From a candidate division WOR-3 bacterium (GTDB lineage Bacteria; Hydrothermota; Tepidihabitantia; Tepidihabitantales; Tepidihabitantaceae), in assembly GCA_020352555.1 (NCBI GenBank), contig CP070680.1, forward strand, positions 1,620,603 to 1,684,602: a stretch of 64,000 nucleotides of DNA, given 5' to 3'. The notes beneath the pieces were generated by a model. The model was given only the letters and a program-made list of their open reading frames with translations, was not told where the DNA came from and searched no databases. Each line of letters starts with the position of its first letter. Positions within the stretch are counted from its first letter, which is position 1. The translations under genes and the position numbers were made by a program. This document shows positions 1-9,697 of this stretch, one piece after another.

Positions 1-177
1 GCGCCGGACCCGGTGGTTCCCGAGGTCGTCGCGAAGGCGGAAGCCCTGCCCGGCCTCATCGAAGAAGTCGTGGTTGTGGCCAAGCGGCCGGCAATCGCCG
101 GACTGCCCGTAGTCGATGCCGGAAACCCGTCGGCCCGAGGCGGCTCGCGCGAGCGCAACAGAGCCTTCCGCAACTAG
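1..177 (+). CDS. Partial CDS, C-terminal fragment of an unknown protein running in from upstream of the window; stop TAG at 175-177
   Basis: Frame 1 is open from base 1 to the TAG with high GC at third codon positions (…LPGLIEEVVVVAKRPAIAGLPVVDAGNPS…). No recognisable family. Confidence 0.3.
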   Translation, partial: APDPVVPEVVAKAEALPGLIEEVVVVAKRPAIAGLPVVDAGNPSARGGSRERNRAFRN

Positions 178-463
178 CCTCTTTGGTTGCACCGGAGCGG
201 GCGTGGAATCGCAAGGCATCGATCAGCGGGATAGGACAGGGGAAAAGCACGATTGTCAGGACGACTTGCATTGTCCCGCCCGATGGCGATTTCCCGCCCG
301 CGCTCCGGTCTCAAGACCGTAGCACTGAATCCTCTCCGGCTCCTGCGACGTCAGGCAGCGCAGCCGCTCGCCCGGCTGTCAGTCAACCGTCAACCCTTTG
401 CTGCGACCCGGCCCGTGCCCGCAATCCGACGACCCGGCCGGCGCCTTCCTCACGACCTCTCGG

Positions 464-1777
464 CTATCGAGTGGAGTCGCGGCCGAGCACTTCCAGTGCC
501 TCGCCCGCAAGGTAGAACGACCCGGCAACGACCACCGGGTGAAGTCCTGCCGAGATCGCAAAGGCCTCTTGCAGGCCCTCTCGGACAGATTCGGCCTGGA
601 CATAAGGAATGTGAAGCCGCCCGAAAACCAGCTTCAGCTGGCCGTGGTCAGCAGCCCGGGGCGAGTCCGGCTTCACCAGGACCGCGGTCTTCGTCCATCT
701 GGCGAGCGGCCGAACGGTCTGTGCGATCAGCTTGCCCTTGAGCGACCCGTAGACCAGGACCGCCTTGCGCCGGCGGCCAGTGCCGCCCAGGTGGTCGGCA
801 ATTGCCCGGGCCAGGGCGGCGCCGGACTCAGGGTTGTGGCACGAATCAACGACAACCGGCGGGCGGACACTGACGAGCTCGCACCGGGCCGGAATCGACA
901 CTGACCCGAGCCCGCGCAGCACGCCCTCCATCGAGACGTCATCATCGTGGCGCGCGAGCAGGCCCAGAACGGCGAGCGCGGTCTGCGCGTTCTCAACCTG
1001 GTGACCGCCGAGCAGGGCAAGCTGCAACCTGCCTGCTCCCAGTTCGCCGAGAACCGAACAGCTGGTCCCGCCTTCCACTGCCCTCACGTCCCAGACCCTC
1101 ACCTGAGTCCAAGCCGGCACGAACTCGGCTCCGGTCGCAGCTGCCCGCTTCCTCAACTCCTGCTCGGCCTCGGGCGGCTGCCGGCCTACTACAACCGGCC
1201 GGCCCCTTCGAAATATTCCGGACTTCTCTCGCGCGATCTTGGGCAGCGTACGGCCGAGCACACGGGTGTGGTCGAACCCGATCCTCGTTATCACCGACAC
1301 CGCAGGCTCGAGCAGGTTGGTGGCGTCGAGCCTGCCTCCGAGCCCGACCTCGACCAGCGCATAGTCTACCGACTCGCGCTCGAACAGGGCGAATGCCAGA
1401 GCCGCGGTGAGTTCGAAGTAGCTCACCGGCTGTCGTCGGACCAGCGGCCATATTCTTTCGACCAGCCGCGAGAACGTCCTCCTCGAAACCGGGGCGCCGC
1501 CGACCTGGATCCGTTCCCGGACCGTGCTGACATGAGGAGATACGAACATCCCGGTCTTCCTGCCGCACGCGCGCAGCGCCGCCTCAAGCATGTGGCACAC
1601 CGAGCCCTTGCCCTTGGTGCCGGCGACCAGTACCACGCGCTTGAGCTTCCCATCCGGGTTGCCGGCAAGCCGGAGCAGTTCGCGGATGTCGTCGAGCTTG
1701 AACTCGTTTCTGGGCTTGGCCAGCTTCTCGTAGTTGACCAGGCTGTCGAGCCTGGACAGCGCTTCGCTGTACTTCAA
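464..1777 (-). CDS. folC: Folylpolyglutamate synthase / dihydrofolate synthase
   Basis: 437 aa ORF with a Mur-ligase-type fold: P-loop VLVAGTKGKGS, ATP-binding core, and a C-terminal domain typical of FolC. Confidence 0.85.
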   Translation of the reverse strand: MKYSEALSRLDSLVNYEKLAKPRNEFKLDDIRELLRLAGNPDGKLKRVVLVAGTKGKGSVCHMLEAALRACGRKTGMFVSPHVSTVRERIQVGGAPVSRRTFSRLVERIWPLVRRQPVSYFELTAALAFALFERESVDYALVEVGLGGRLDATNLLEPAVSVITRIGFDHTRVLGRTLPKIAREKSGIFRRGRPVVVGRQPPEAEQELRKRAAATGAEFVPAWTQVRVWDVRAVEGGTSCSVLGELGAGRLQLALLGGHQVENAQTALAVLGLLARHDDDVSMEGVLRGLGSVSIPARCELVSVRPPVVVDSCHNPESGAALARAIADHLGGTGRRRKAVLVYGSLKGKLIAQTVRPLARWTKTAVLVKPDSPRAADHGQLKLVFGRLHIPYVQAESVREGLQEAFAISAGLHPVVVAGSFYLAGEALEVLGRDSTR

Positions 1778-1789
1778 GCGCCTTCTTGG

Positions 1790-3154
1790 CTAGTGCAGAA
1801 CGATCCTCGCCCGTGACGTGCCCGCAGATGTCACCAGCTCCAGCAGATACACACCTGAGGGCAGTCCGGCCAGATCCACCGCGTTCCCTGACCTGCCGAA
1901 GTCAACCGCTGCTCCCAGCGAGTTGTAGACGAAGACCCTCTCGGCCGTTCGGCCGCTCAGGCCGAGATGCACCAGACCGGTGGTGGGGTTGGGGCCGGTG
2001 GCCAATCCGGGTTGGCGGAGCGGTGACCCGGCCCGAACACCCACCCCGGGTCCCTGAAACGCGTGGAACGTGCCGTCCATGCACCCGAAGAACACCCTGC
2101 CGTCGGCTCCGATCGCGGGCGAACTCCAGACATTGTCCGGCATCGTCCGGCTCCACAAAACGGTCGAGTCCGACGCCAGTACGTAGAAGTAGCCGAGTGC
2201 CGACCCGACGTATACGATGCCGTTCGCATCGATTGCCGGTGAGGAGTAGTTCGAGCCGCCCAGATACTTGCGCCAGCGCGTACCCGAGTCGGCCGATACG
2301 TTGTAGACATAGGAACCCGCGCTGACGTACAGCGTCGAGTCATCGGCTATCGCCGGGCAGGAGCGGATTGAGGCCGGCAGCGAGTCACGCCACTTGAGCC
2401 GTCCGCCGGCCGATACCGCGTACAGATACCGGTCCGCGCCGACGTAGACCGTCGAATCCGGTCCCACTGCCGGAGAAGCGAAATCTGCTTCCCCTGCCAG
2501 CGGGAAGGTCCAGGCAATATCGCCGTTCGGGGCGAATGCCCAGAGCCTCCAGCCACCGCTGCCCCGGGTCGTTGCCACATAGATGTTGCCGTCAAGGCCG
2601 ACCGCTGGCGCCGAGTTCACGTCGAGCCCAAGGTCGGACGCCCACTCGAGCCTGCCGTCCTGAGTCAATGCGTACAGCGAATCCGAATAGCACGCGAAGT
2701 ATATCTTCCCGTCATCCCCGATGACGGGCGAATGGCTGATCGACAGGGCGTTGTGGTCAGGGTAGCGCCAGACCACCGTCCCGGTGGAGTCCACTTTCAC
2801 CAGCTTGCGGTTTGTGGTGACGTAGACATTGCCCTCGTCGTCCAGAGCCGGCGCTGTGAAGTAGATGCTTGTCCCCAGGCTGTCGAGGTCGGCGACCCAC
2901 GCCTCGGTCCCGCTGCCGCGGATGCAGTACAGCTTCACGTCGCGGGCCCCGAACAACACCTGTCCGGCGTCGTTCACCACCGCCGAGCCGGAGATGTCGC
3001 CACCGGCGGGGTAGGTCCACGCCACCGACAGGCTCTCTCCGACCGAATGCATCGACAATCCGCTGTGCTGGGGATCGCCGTGGAAGCAGGTCCAGGGATG
3101 TGCCGACAAGGTCGCAGCCGATGCAAGTGCGACAACAAGGACCGCGTTCTTCAT
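1790..3154 (-). CDS. Secreted PQQ-like beta-propeller repeat protein with T9SS C-terminal sorting domain
   Basis: Signal peptide (MKNAVLVVALASAATLSA). Repeated blades of the form SPAIG-DG-IYVG…LYA…DG…W. C-terminal ~80 aa beta-sandwich ending SGVYLLELVTSAGTSRARIVLH, typical of a Por_Secre_tail. Confidence 0.7.
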   Translation of the reverse strand: MKNAVLVVALASAATLSAHPWTCFHGDPQHSGLSMHSVGESLSVAWTYPAGGDISGSAVVNDAGQVLFGARDVKLYCIRGSGTEAWVADLDSLGTSIYFTAPALDDEGNVYVTTNRKLVKVDSTGTVVWRYPDHNALSISHSPVIGDDGKIYFACYSDSLYALTQDGRLEWASDLGLDVNSAPAVGLDGNIYVATTRGSGGWRLWAFAPNGDIAWTFPLAGEADFASPAVGPDSTVYVGADRYLYAVSAGGRLKWRDSLPASIRSCPAIADDSTLYVSAGSYVYNVSADSGTRWRKYLGGSNYSSPAIDANGIVYVGSALGYFYVLASDSTVLWSRTMPDNVWSSPAIGADGRVFFGCMDGTFHAFQGPGVGVRAGSPLRQPGLATGPNPTTGLVHLGLSGRTAERVFVYNSLGAAVDFGRSGNAVDLAGLPSGVYLLELVTSAGTSRARIVLH

Positions 3155-3933
3155 CCTTCCTCCTGTTCTTGGTCTTCAACAACCGAATGGCGGAGCTCGA
3201 TGCCCCGTTTGCTGGCGCCGATGAAACTCAGCAGGGTCTCGAGCTGTTCCTGCCCGGCCCCGGGCTCGATGCCGGACACCAACTCCTGTTCAATCCTGTC
3301 CAGCGCCTGCGTCAGGTTCAGACCGGCCCGGTAGATCATCCTGAAGGCCCTCCTGAGCTCTGCGATTGCCCTGGCCGGCAAGCCCGCCCTGCGCAGGCCG
3401 GTCTCGTTCAATCCCCGCACCCGGCACGGGAAACCCTGCGCCAGGACAAACGGCGGGATGTCGCGGTTCACGTAGGAGTGCGCGCCGACCATTGCCAATC
3501 CGCCGACTCGGCAGTGCTGGTGGATGCCGACCAGGCCGCCGATGTTTGCCCGGTCACCGATTTCGACGTGTCCCGCAAGCTGGGCGCCATTGGTGATCGT
3601 ACAGCCGTCCCCGACCCGGCAGTTGTGGGCGATGTGGACATAGGCCATGATGTAGTTGTCGTCGCCGATCACCGTCGCTGTCCCTTTGCCGGTCGACCGA
3701 TGGACCGTCGTGTATTCGTGGAACACGTTTCGGCGGCCGATGACGACCCCGGTCTCCTCTCCTGCGTAGTCACGGTCCATCGGTGCAGAGCCGACAACCA
3801 CCCCGGTTGCGAACCGGCACCCATCACCCACCTTCACGTCGCCCTCGAACCGGCAGAACGGGCCTATTTCGACGTCCCTGCCGAGTCCGACCCTGGGCCC
3901 GACCAGGGCTGTCTCGTGGACGCAGGCGGGCAA
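3151..3933 (-). CDS. lpxA: UDP-N-acetylglucosamine O-acyltransferase
   Basis: Hexapeptide left-handed beta-helix repeats plus the C-terminal helical domain. Sits directly downstream of fabZ in the conserved lipid A cluster. Confidence 0.9.
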   Translation of the reverse strand: MPACVHETALVGPRVGLGRDVEIGPFCRFEGDVKVGDGCRFATGVVVGSAPMDRDYAGEETGVVIGRRNVFHEYTTVHRSTGKGTATVIGDDNYIMAYVHIAHNCRVGDGCTITNGAQLAGHVEIGDRANIGGLVGIHQHCRVGGLAMVGAHSYVNRDIPPFVLAQGFPCRVRGLNETGLRRAGLPARAIAELRRAFRMIYRAGLNLTQALDRIEQELVSGIEPGAGQEQLETLLSFIGASKRGIELRHSVVEDQEQEEG

Positions 3934-3935
3934 TG

Positions 3936-4358
3936 CTAGTCCCGGAGTGCGCCGACCACAGTCGCTTCGCAGGCAAGTTCTTCCCCGACTCGCGCCGTGC
4001 CGCGGATCTTGTAGACGCCGGCTTTGCTGCCGACGACCTCGGCTCTCAGCAACAGCCGGTCGCCCGGGTTCACCTGGCGCTTGAATCTCGCCTGGTCAAT
4101 CCGGGCGAACAGCGTCTTCTTGCTACCGCGTCCGCCGAGCCGGTTCAGCACTATCAGTATCCCGACCTGGGCGATCGCCTCGACCATCAGCACGCCGGGC
4201 AACACCGGGAAGCCTGGAAAGTGACCGGCAAAGAAGTACTCGTCCGGTTGGATATCGCGGAATGCCTCGACCGTGTTCTTGTCGATCTTCGTTACCTGGT
4301 CGACGAACAGGAACGGCTCTCGGTGTGGGAGTAGCTCCTTGATCTGCTCCAACGTCAT
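3936..4358 (-). CDS. fabZ: 3-hydroxyacyl-ACP dehydratase
   Basis: 140 aa hotdog fold carrying the FabZ motifs HFPGFPVLPGVL and GILIV. Confidence 0.9.
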   Translation of the reverse strand: MTLEQIKELLPHREPFLFVDQVTKIDKNTVEAFRDIQPDEYFFAGHFPGFPVLPGVLMVEAIAQVGILIVLNRLGGRGSKKTLFARIDQARFKRQVNPGDRLLLRAEVVGSKAGVYKIRGTARVGEELACEATVVGALRD

Positions 4359-5179
4359 CTGGCCTCCATTTCTCGCTTCAACTGCTCCACGAACCGGTGG
4401 TTCAACCGGTGCCCGGGCTGGAATGCGAACAACTCTGCCCGGAGCGGGCGACCCAGCAGCGCCAGGTCCCCGAGCAAATCAACGACCTTGTGCCGGCACG
4501 GTTCGTCCGGGTAGCGCAGCCGCGCGGGCAGAAGCCACCCAGACTCCGACCTCAGCCTGAACCCGAGCCCGAGCTTCCGAACGACGCTCCGCGCAGATTC
4601 ACCATCCGGACAGGTACCGAACGTCCGCGCCCGGGCCAGTTCGTTCAGGAACACAGTGCGGGTCACCGATGCCGCGAACAGACTCGCCCCTCGGCCCGGA
4701 AACCGCGCCAGGCACTTGACCCGGAAACGCCCTGAGGGAACCGCAGCGATGAAGCTGCCGTCGCTCTCGACAATCACCGGACCGGCCAGGGCAAGCGGTT
4801 CGACGCTCCCTGGCAGCTCCCTCGCGCCGGCCTTGAGCATCTCCCTGACGAAATGCCGGCAGCTTCCGTCTCCGAACGGCAGCGCGTCGCCGTCGACCCC
4901 GACATCAAGGTCGGTGATCCCGAGGCCGGCACAGGCCGCCATCAGATGCTCGACCATCTGTACTGCGCCCGGGCCGCGACCGACTCTGGTCGCGTGGCCC
5001 GTGACGCCGGCGTGGCGAGTCGTCGCGGTCCACCGGTCGTTGAACACGATCCCGCTGCCCGCCTCGGCCGGCGACAAGGTTGCCGACACCGGGCCGAAGC
5101 TGCGCAGACTCACGCCGCAAAGCCTGGCCGGTCTCCTCAAAGTCCTGCGCTTCACTGTCAGCGCCCGAATCTCCTCCAC
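4355..5179 (-). CDS. lpxC: UDP-3-O-acyl-N-acetylglucosamine deacetylase
   Basis: 274 aa. Carries LpxC motifs (RRTL, HKVVDLLGDL) and overlaps the fabZ start by 4 nt. Confidence 0.9.
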   Translation of the reverse strand: MEEIRALTVKRRTLRRPARLCGVSLRSFGPVSATLSPAEAGSGIVFNDRWTATTRHAGVTGHATRVGRGPGAVQMVEHLMAACAGLGITDLDVGVDGDALPFGDGSCRHFVREMLKAGARELPGSVEPLALAGPVIVESDGSFIAAVPSGRFRVKCLARFPGRGASLFAASVTRTVFLNELARARTFGTCPDGESARSVVRKLGLGFRLRSESGWLLPARLRYPDEPCRHKVVDLLGDLALLGRPLRAELFAFQPGHRLNHRFVEQLKREMEAR

Positions 5180-5757
5180 GCTCTTGCCCAGAACCGCTTC
5201 ATCTGCGCGTGCGGACGGGCCGGCACCCCGGAGTAGCTGGCACCGGCCGGTACCGACCTGAACACCGCGGCCCGGGCGTGAATGACCGCACCGTCGCCGA
5301 TCGTCACGTGGTCCTTGATACCTGCCTGCCCGCCGATCATGACATCGTCGCCGATAACGGCGCTGCCCGCGATCCCGGTCTGCGCGGCAATGGCGCAGTT
5401 GCGTCCGACCTTGACGTTGTGGGCAATGTGCACATGGCAGTCGATTTTGGTGCCGCGCCCGATCCTGGTTTCGCGGCCGGCCTTGGCGTGGGCAACGGTC
5501 GAATTGGCGCCGATGTCGACCCCGTCTTCAATCACGATGGTCCCGCCGTGGTCCAGCTTGGCGTATTCGCCGTCAAGCTTCTCGTAGCCGAAGCCCTCGC
5601 ATCCGATGACCGCCCCGGCACCGATGCTGACCCGGGCGCCGACGACGACCCTGCCCTTGATCACCGCGTTTGGCCCGACCACCGAGTCCGGTCCGATTTC
5701 CACCTCGTCGCCCACAACCGCGGATGCCGCGATTCGTGCGGTCGGCGACACCCGCGA
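5158..5757 (-). CDS. lpxD: UDP-3-O-acylglucosamine N-acyltransferase, short form (LbetaH plus C-terminal helix only)
   Basis: Typical LpxD hexapeptide region (GFGYE…IGDDVMIGGQAGIKDHVTIGDG…) and its position between skp and lpxC. The upstream part of the long ORF is off-frame low-complexity sequence overlapping the skp-like gene. Start assigned to a GTG (VSPTARIAAS) directly after the skp stop, so the start is uncertain. Confidence 0.7.
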   Translation of the reverse strand, partial: SRVSPTARIAASAVVGDEVEIGPDSVVGPNAVIKGRVVVGARVSIGAGAVIGCEGFGYEKLDGEYAKLDHGGTIVIEDGVDIGANSTVAHAKAGRETRIGRGTKIDCHVHIAHNVKVGRNCAIAAQTGIAGSAVIGDDVMIGGQAGIKDHVTIGDGAVIHARAAVFRSVPAGASYSGVPARPHAQMKRFWARAWRRFGR

Positions 5758-5767
5758 GGCGCCGGAA

Positions 5768-6724
5768 TCAGGGTTGTTCAATGCTGCTCGACAGGGCCTG
5801 GTAGACCTGGTCAACGCCGTCGTTGAGTTCCTCGACCCGACCGGACTCGCCGGATTCGGTCCTCTTTTCGGTGTTGAGTTGGACGTCCGCGATGGTGAGT
5901 GTGAAACTGACCCGCCGACCGTCGTACGAACACTTGCCGTAGACCACGTAGTCCGCCTCAAGCACCCTGGCCACGTCCACGGCCTCCTCGATGGTGAACT
6001 CGCGGTCCACGTACCCGCGCGATTCCGCGGTCTCGTCGAACTGACGGTTCGCGACCATCTCGGCGCTGGTCGGCGCGCTGAAGCGGTCATAGAGCCTCTG
6101 CCTGATCCTGCCGCCGATGTTCTCCTGCCTGGCCTCTTCGGTCTCCTCGTATATCGGAGCTACCGCGTAGACCAGCCTGGTGGTCGTGGTCGGTCCGACC
6201 GGGACGAACTCGCGGTTCAACTCCTCGACCACCAGTTCGGTGATGTCGAGCCCCTGCTCAGCGAACACCACCTCGGACCTCGAGGCGTCCAGCACCAGCG
6301 CAAAGCCTTCTTCCTCTGCCAGCCGGCTGACCGCCTCGCTGATCTTCTCGACTATCGGCGCGATCAGCTCGCTGTTCTTCTGGTCGATCCTGCCGCCGGC
6401 CCGGTATACCTGGTCGAGAAAACCGTCGTACCGCCGTTTGCGCTGCTCCACTTCAGCCAGCTTCGCCCGTTTCCCTTCCTCGGACAGAGTCAACTCCTGG
6501 GACTCGTACTCTTCCCTGGCCTGCTCCCATTGAGCACGGAGCGAGTCGGCCCTTGCCCTGAACTCCGCCGTCGCTTCATCCAGCTCCTGCTTGGCTTCCT
6601 TCGCTGCCTCGTACCTGGAGATCACCGCCTCCGAGTCGATGTAGCCGACCTTGTACTCCTTGGCGCCCAGGGAAGCCGCCGCCGCCAGCACCGCCCAGGA
6701 CACCAAAAGCCGTCTTGGTATCAT
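5768..6724 (-). CDS. Skp/OmpH-family periplasmic chaperone with an extra C-terminal ~140 aa domain
   Basis: Signal peptide MIPRRLLVSWAVLAAAASLGA, then a coiled-coil OmpH region (AKEAKQELDEA…EQRKRRYDGF…). The C-terminal extension contains a YVVYGKCSYDGRRVSFTLTIADV motif resembling LpoB/CsgG/TolB-N-type lipoprotein domains. A GGAGGA ribosome-binding site lies 5 nt upstream of the ATG at 6724. Confidence 0.7.
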   Translation of the reverse strand: MIPRRLLVSWAVLAAAASLGAKEYKVGYIDSEAVISRYEAAKEAKQELDEATAEFRARADSLRAQWEQAREEYESQELTLSEEGKRAKLAEVEQRKRRYDGFLDQVYRAGGRIDQKNSELIAPIVEKISEAVSRLAEEEGFALVLDASRSEVVFAEQGLDITELVVEELNREFVPVGPTTTTRLVYAVAPIYEETEEARQENIGGRIRQRLYDRFSAPTSAEMVANRQFDETAESRGYVDREFTIEEAVDVARVLEADYVVYGKCSYDGRRVSFTLTIADVQLNTEKRTESGESGRVEELNDGVDQVYQALSSSIEQP

Positions 6725-6735
6725 TCTTCCTCCTG

Positions 6736-7933
6736 TCATCGCGAGAATGCGGTCACGACCCCTTCCCGACCGCCGTCCTTTCCATTCACCACTTGGACAT
6801 CGACCAGCGACCGTGGCTTGGGGGCCCGGTCGCACCTCAATCTCAGTCTCATGTAGTTGTCGGTCAGCGCCGCAGACCTTGTCTCCACCACCGCCCGCCT
6901 GACGCTGCCGACGTAGCGGGATTCGTACTCCTCCCTGAGCCGCACCGAAACCTCGCGCAGCCGGCTGACCCGCAGCCTGCGTGTCGCAGCAGATGGGACC
7001 CTGTCCATCGAAGCCGCGCGTGTACCGGGTCTCGGCGAGAACGAAAACGCGTGCAGGTATCCGGGCCGCAGACTTCTGACAAGGTCCTCGGTCCGCCGGA
7101 ACGACGCGTCGTCCTCGCCCGGCAACCCCGCAATCACGTCCACACCGATATTGACGTCAGGCCTGGCCTTCCGGGTTTGCCTGACCAGTTCGGCGAACCG
7201 CCCTGTGCTGTATCTGCGCCCCATCCTTCCCAGCAACCTGTCGTCACCGGTCTGCATCGGCAGATGGAGGTGCGGGCAGACCCGCGGCTCGCGGAGGACA
7301 TCGAGCAGCCGGCGGTCCGCCGTGTCCGGTTCTACCGAACCCAGCCTCACCCTTGCGCGCCCGTCGCTGTCCAGCAGCCGCCGCACCAGTCCGGCCAGCC
7401 CGATTCCGCCGTCGTTGTACAGTCCCAGGTTGAGCCCGGTCAGCACGACCTCGCGGAACCCGTCATCGACCAGCGACAGGAACCTCTTCTCGACTTCGCT
7501 GGCCGGCACTGAAGCAGGAGCGCCCCGCAGCCCGGACACCACGCAGTAGGCGCAGTCCCGGTCACAGCCGTCTTGGACTTTGAGCAGAGCCCGGCTGCGC
7601 TCCGGCGACGGGCCGAACCGGGCCAGCCTGCGTTCCTTGTCCGCATTGCCCCAGACATCGGACACGCCTTCGATGTCCTTGACCCGGTCCTGGTCCCGCT
7701 CGACCAGGCATCCCATGACCACCAGCCTGGCTCCAGACCGTGCGGCTCGGCGGACCAGCTGCATCGAACTCCGGTCCGCAGCACCGGTCACCGTGCAGGT
7801 ATTGACGTAGCACACGTCGGCCTGGGCCGGATCGGCAACAACGGCGACGCCCTGCCGGAGCAACATCGCCCGCAGGGCGTCGCTTTCAGACTGGTTCAGA
7901 CGGCAGCCTGCAGTCAGTATAGCAGCTCTCATC
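6736..7933 (-). CDS. MiaB/RimO-family radical-SAM methylthiotransferase (MtaB-like)
   Basis: N-terminal MTTase domain (ILTAGCRLNQSESD), radical-SAM motif CDRDCAYC, and a C-terminal TRAM-like region. Start taken at MRAAILT. Confidence 0.8.
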
Positions 7934-7975
7934 TTGGCCGTACTGCAGCTGCCCCGATCCGAGCCGGGCCGCTGC

Positions 7976-9697
7976 CTACTCTTCTTCCAGCCCGCGCAGA
8001 TGATCCTCAAGCGTGAAGCGGTCGCTCTCTTCCTCTTCACGTTCACGCTCGCGGACCGGGCGCGGACGCCGTCTCTCACGCGGCGGTGGAGGCGGCTCGG
8101 CGATCTCCTCCGGCGCCACCAGCGCCTTTTCGCTCAGGGCGATCCGGCGGTGGTTCAGGTCGATCCGGATGACCTTGAGCTCGAGCTCCTCGCCGATCTG
8201 GTACTTTTCCTTGGCCTTCTTGCCCCCGCGCGCCAGGTGGCTCAGCGGCACAAAACCTTCGATGCCGTGCTCCAGTGCGACCACCACGCCCGGTTTGGGC
8301 AGGTCGACTATCCGGGCCTTGATGACATCGCCCTCGTTGAGTTCCTTGCTGATCTGATAGAAGGGGTCTTCCTGGGTCTGCTTGTACCCGAGGGTGATGC
8401 GTCGGTTCTCCTGGTCGATGCCCAGTATCACGGTCTCCACCGTCTGTCCTTTTTTCAGCTCGTCACGCGGATGCTTCACCCGCTTGGTCCAGGAGATGTC
8501 GGCGTTGTGGATCAGCCCCTCGATGCCCTCTTCTATCTCGACGAACGCGCCGAAGTCCTTGAGTGCCCTGACTTTGCCCTCGACCCGCTGGCCGACCGAG
8601 TACTTCTCCTCGATCAGCGACCACGGGTCCGGCATCGTCTGCTTCAGGCCGAGCGAAATCCGGCGATTGTCCTTGTCGATGTTGAGCACGACCGCTTCCA
8701 CGTCTTGGTCCACGGTCAGTATCTGCGAAGGATGATGGATGTTCTTGGTCCAGGACATCTCAGATATGTGGATCAGACCTTCGATCCCCTTCTCGAGCTC
8801 TACGAAGGCGCCGTACTCGGCCAGTGTCGTCACCCGGCCCTTGATCTTGGTGCCGATCGGGTACTTGTCCTCGACCTTCTCCCAGGGATGCGGTGTCAAC
8901 TGCTTGAGCCCGACCGTTATCCGACCGGTCTTCTCGTCCGCGGACAGGACCTTCACCTTCAGTTCGTCTCCGACATTGACGACTTCCTTGGGGTGGACCA
9001 CCTTGTTCCACGCCAGGTCCGAGATGTGAAGCAGGGCGTCGACCCCGCCGATGTCGACGAAAGCCCCGAAGTCGGTGATCGTCTTCACCGTGCCGTCGAT
9101 CAGGTCGCCGATCGACAGCTCGGCAAACAGCCGGCGCCGGGCCTCTTCCTGCCGCTCCTCGAGCAGGACCCGCCGCGATACGACGATGTTCTTCTTGTAC
9201 CAGTTCACCGATATGATTTTGACCTCGAGCTCCTTGCCGACCAGCGCGTCCAGGTTGGGCACCAGCCGCAGGTCGACCTGGGACCCGGGCAGGAACGCGT
9301 CCAGCCCCATCACCTCGACCGCCAGCCCGCCCTTCACCCGCTTGATGACGGTGGCGGGCACGCCCTCGGCGCTCTCCGACTTCTCCTTGATCTTCTCCCA
9401 CGCCAGCTGGAAATCGGCCTTCTTCTTCGAGATGACCGGAAAGCCTTCGCGGTCCTCGAGCGCGTCGAGGTAGACCTTTATCTCCTGACCTTCGGTGACC
9501 TGTTCCGGGTTTCGGAACTCCTCGAGCGGTAACACACCCTCTGCCTTCAGGCCGAGGTCGATCAGTACCGCGTTGGGCAGCTTCTTGATGATTGTGCCCG
9601 ATACGATCTCGCCCGGCTTCAGGGTCGGGAACGAATCTGCATAGATGTCCTCCGCAGAGCCGTGCTCGACGGTGGCATCCTTGGTTTCTTCAGCCAT
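7976..9697 (-). CDS. rpsA: 30S ribosomal protein S1
   Basis: 573 aa with six S1 repeats (FGAFV…GLIHISE repeated) and an acidic/basic C-terminal tail. Confidence 0.95.
   Translation of the reverse strand: MAEETKDATVEHGSAEDIYADSFPTLKPGEIVSGTIIKKLPNAVLIDLGLKAEGVLPLEEFRNPEQVTEGQEIKVYLDALEDREGFPVISKKKADFQLAWEKIKEKSESAEGVPATVIKRVKGGLAVEVMGLDAFLPGSQVDLRLVPNLDALVGKELEVKIISVNWYKKNIVVSRRVLLEERQEEARRRLFAELSIGDLIDGTVKTITDFGAFVDIGGVDALLHISDLAWNKVVHPKEVVNVGDELKVKVLSADEKTGRITVGLKQLTPHPWEKVEDKYPIGTKIKGRVTTLAEYGAFVELEKGIEGLIHISEMSWTKNIHHPSQILTVDQDVEAVVLNIDKDNRRISLGLKQTMPDPWSLIEEKYSVGQRVEGKVRALKDFGAFVEIEEGIEGLIHNADISWTKRVKHPRDELKKGQTVETVILGIDQENRRITLGYKQTQEDPFYQISKELNEGDVIKARIVDLPKPGVVVALEHGIEGFVPLSHLARGGKKAKEKYQIGEELELKVIRIDLNHRRIALSEKALVAPEEIAEPPPPPRERRRPRPVREREREEEESDRFTLEDHLRGLEEE

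Noticed and set aside
253-904. Several overlapping + strand ORFs at the window start
   Set aside because: Off-frame or antisense relative to folC; no protein-like composition.
5768-6090. N-terminal ~110 aa of the listed 310-aa lpxD ORF
   Set aside because: Low-complexity (RSTP-rich) translation that overlaps the well-formed skp-like C-terminal domain in another frame. Treated as an ORF-caller extension, not as an LpxD N-terminal domain.
7934-9532. 532-aa + strand ORF
   Set aside because: Antisense to rpsA; off-frame low-complexity sequence.
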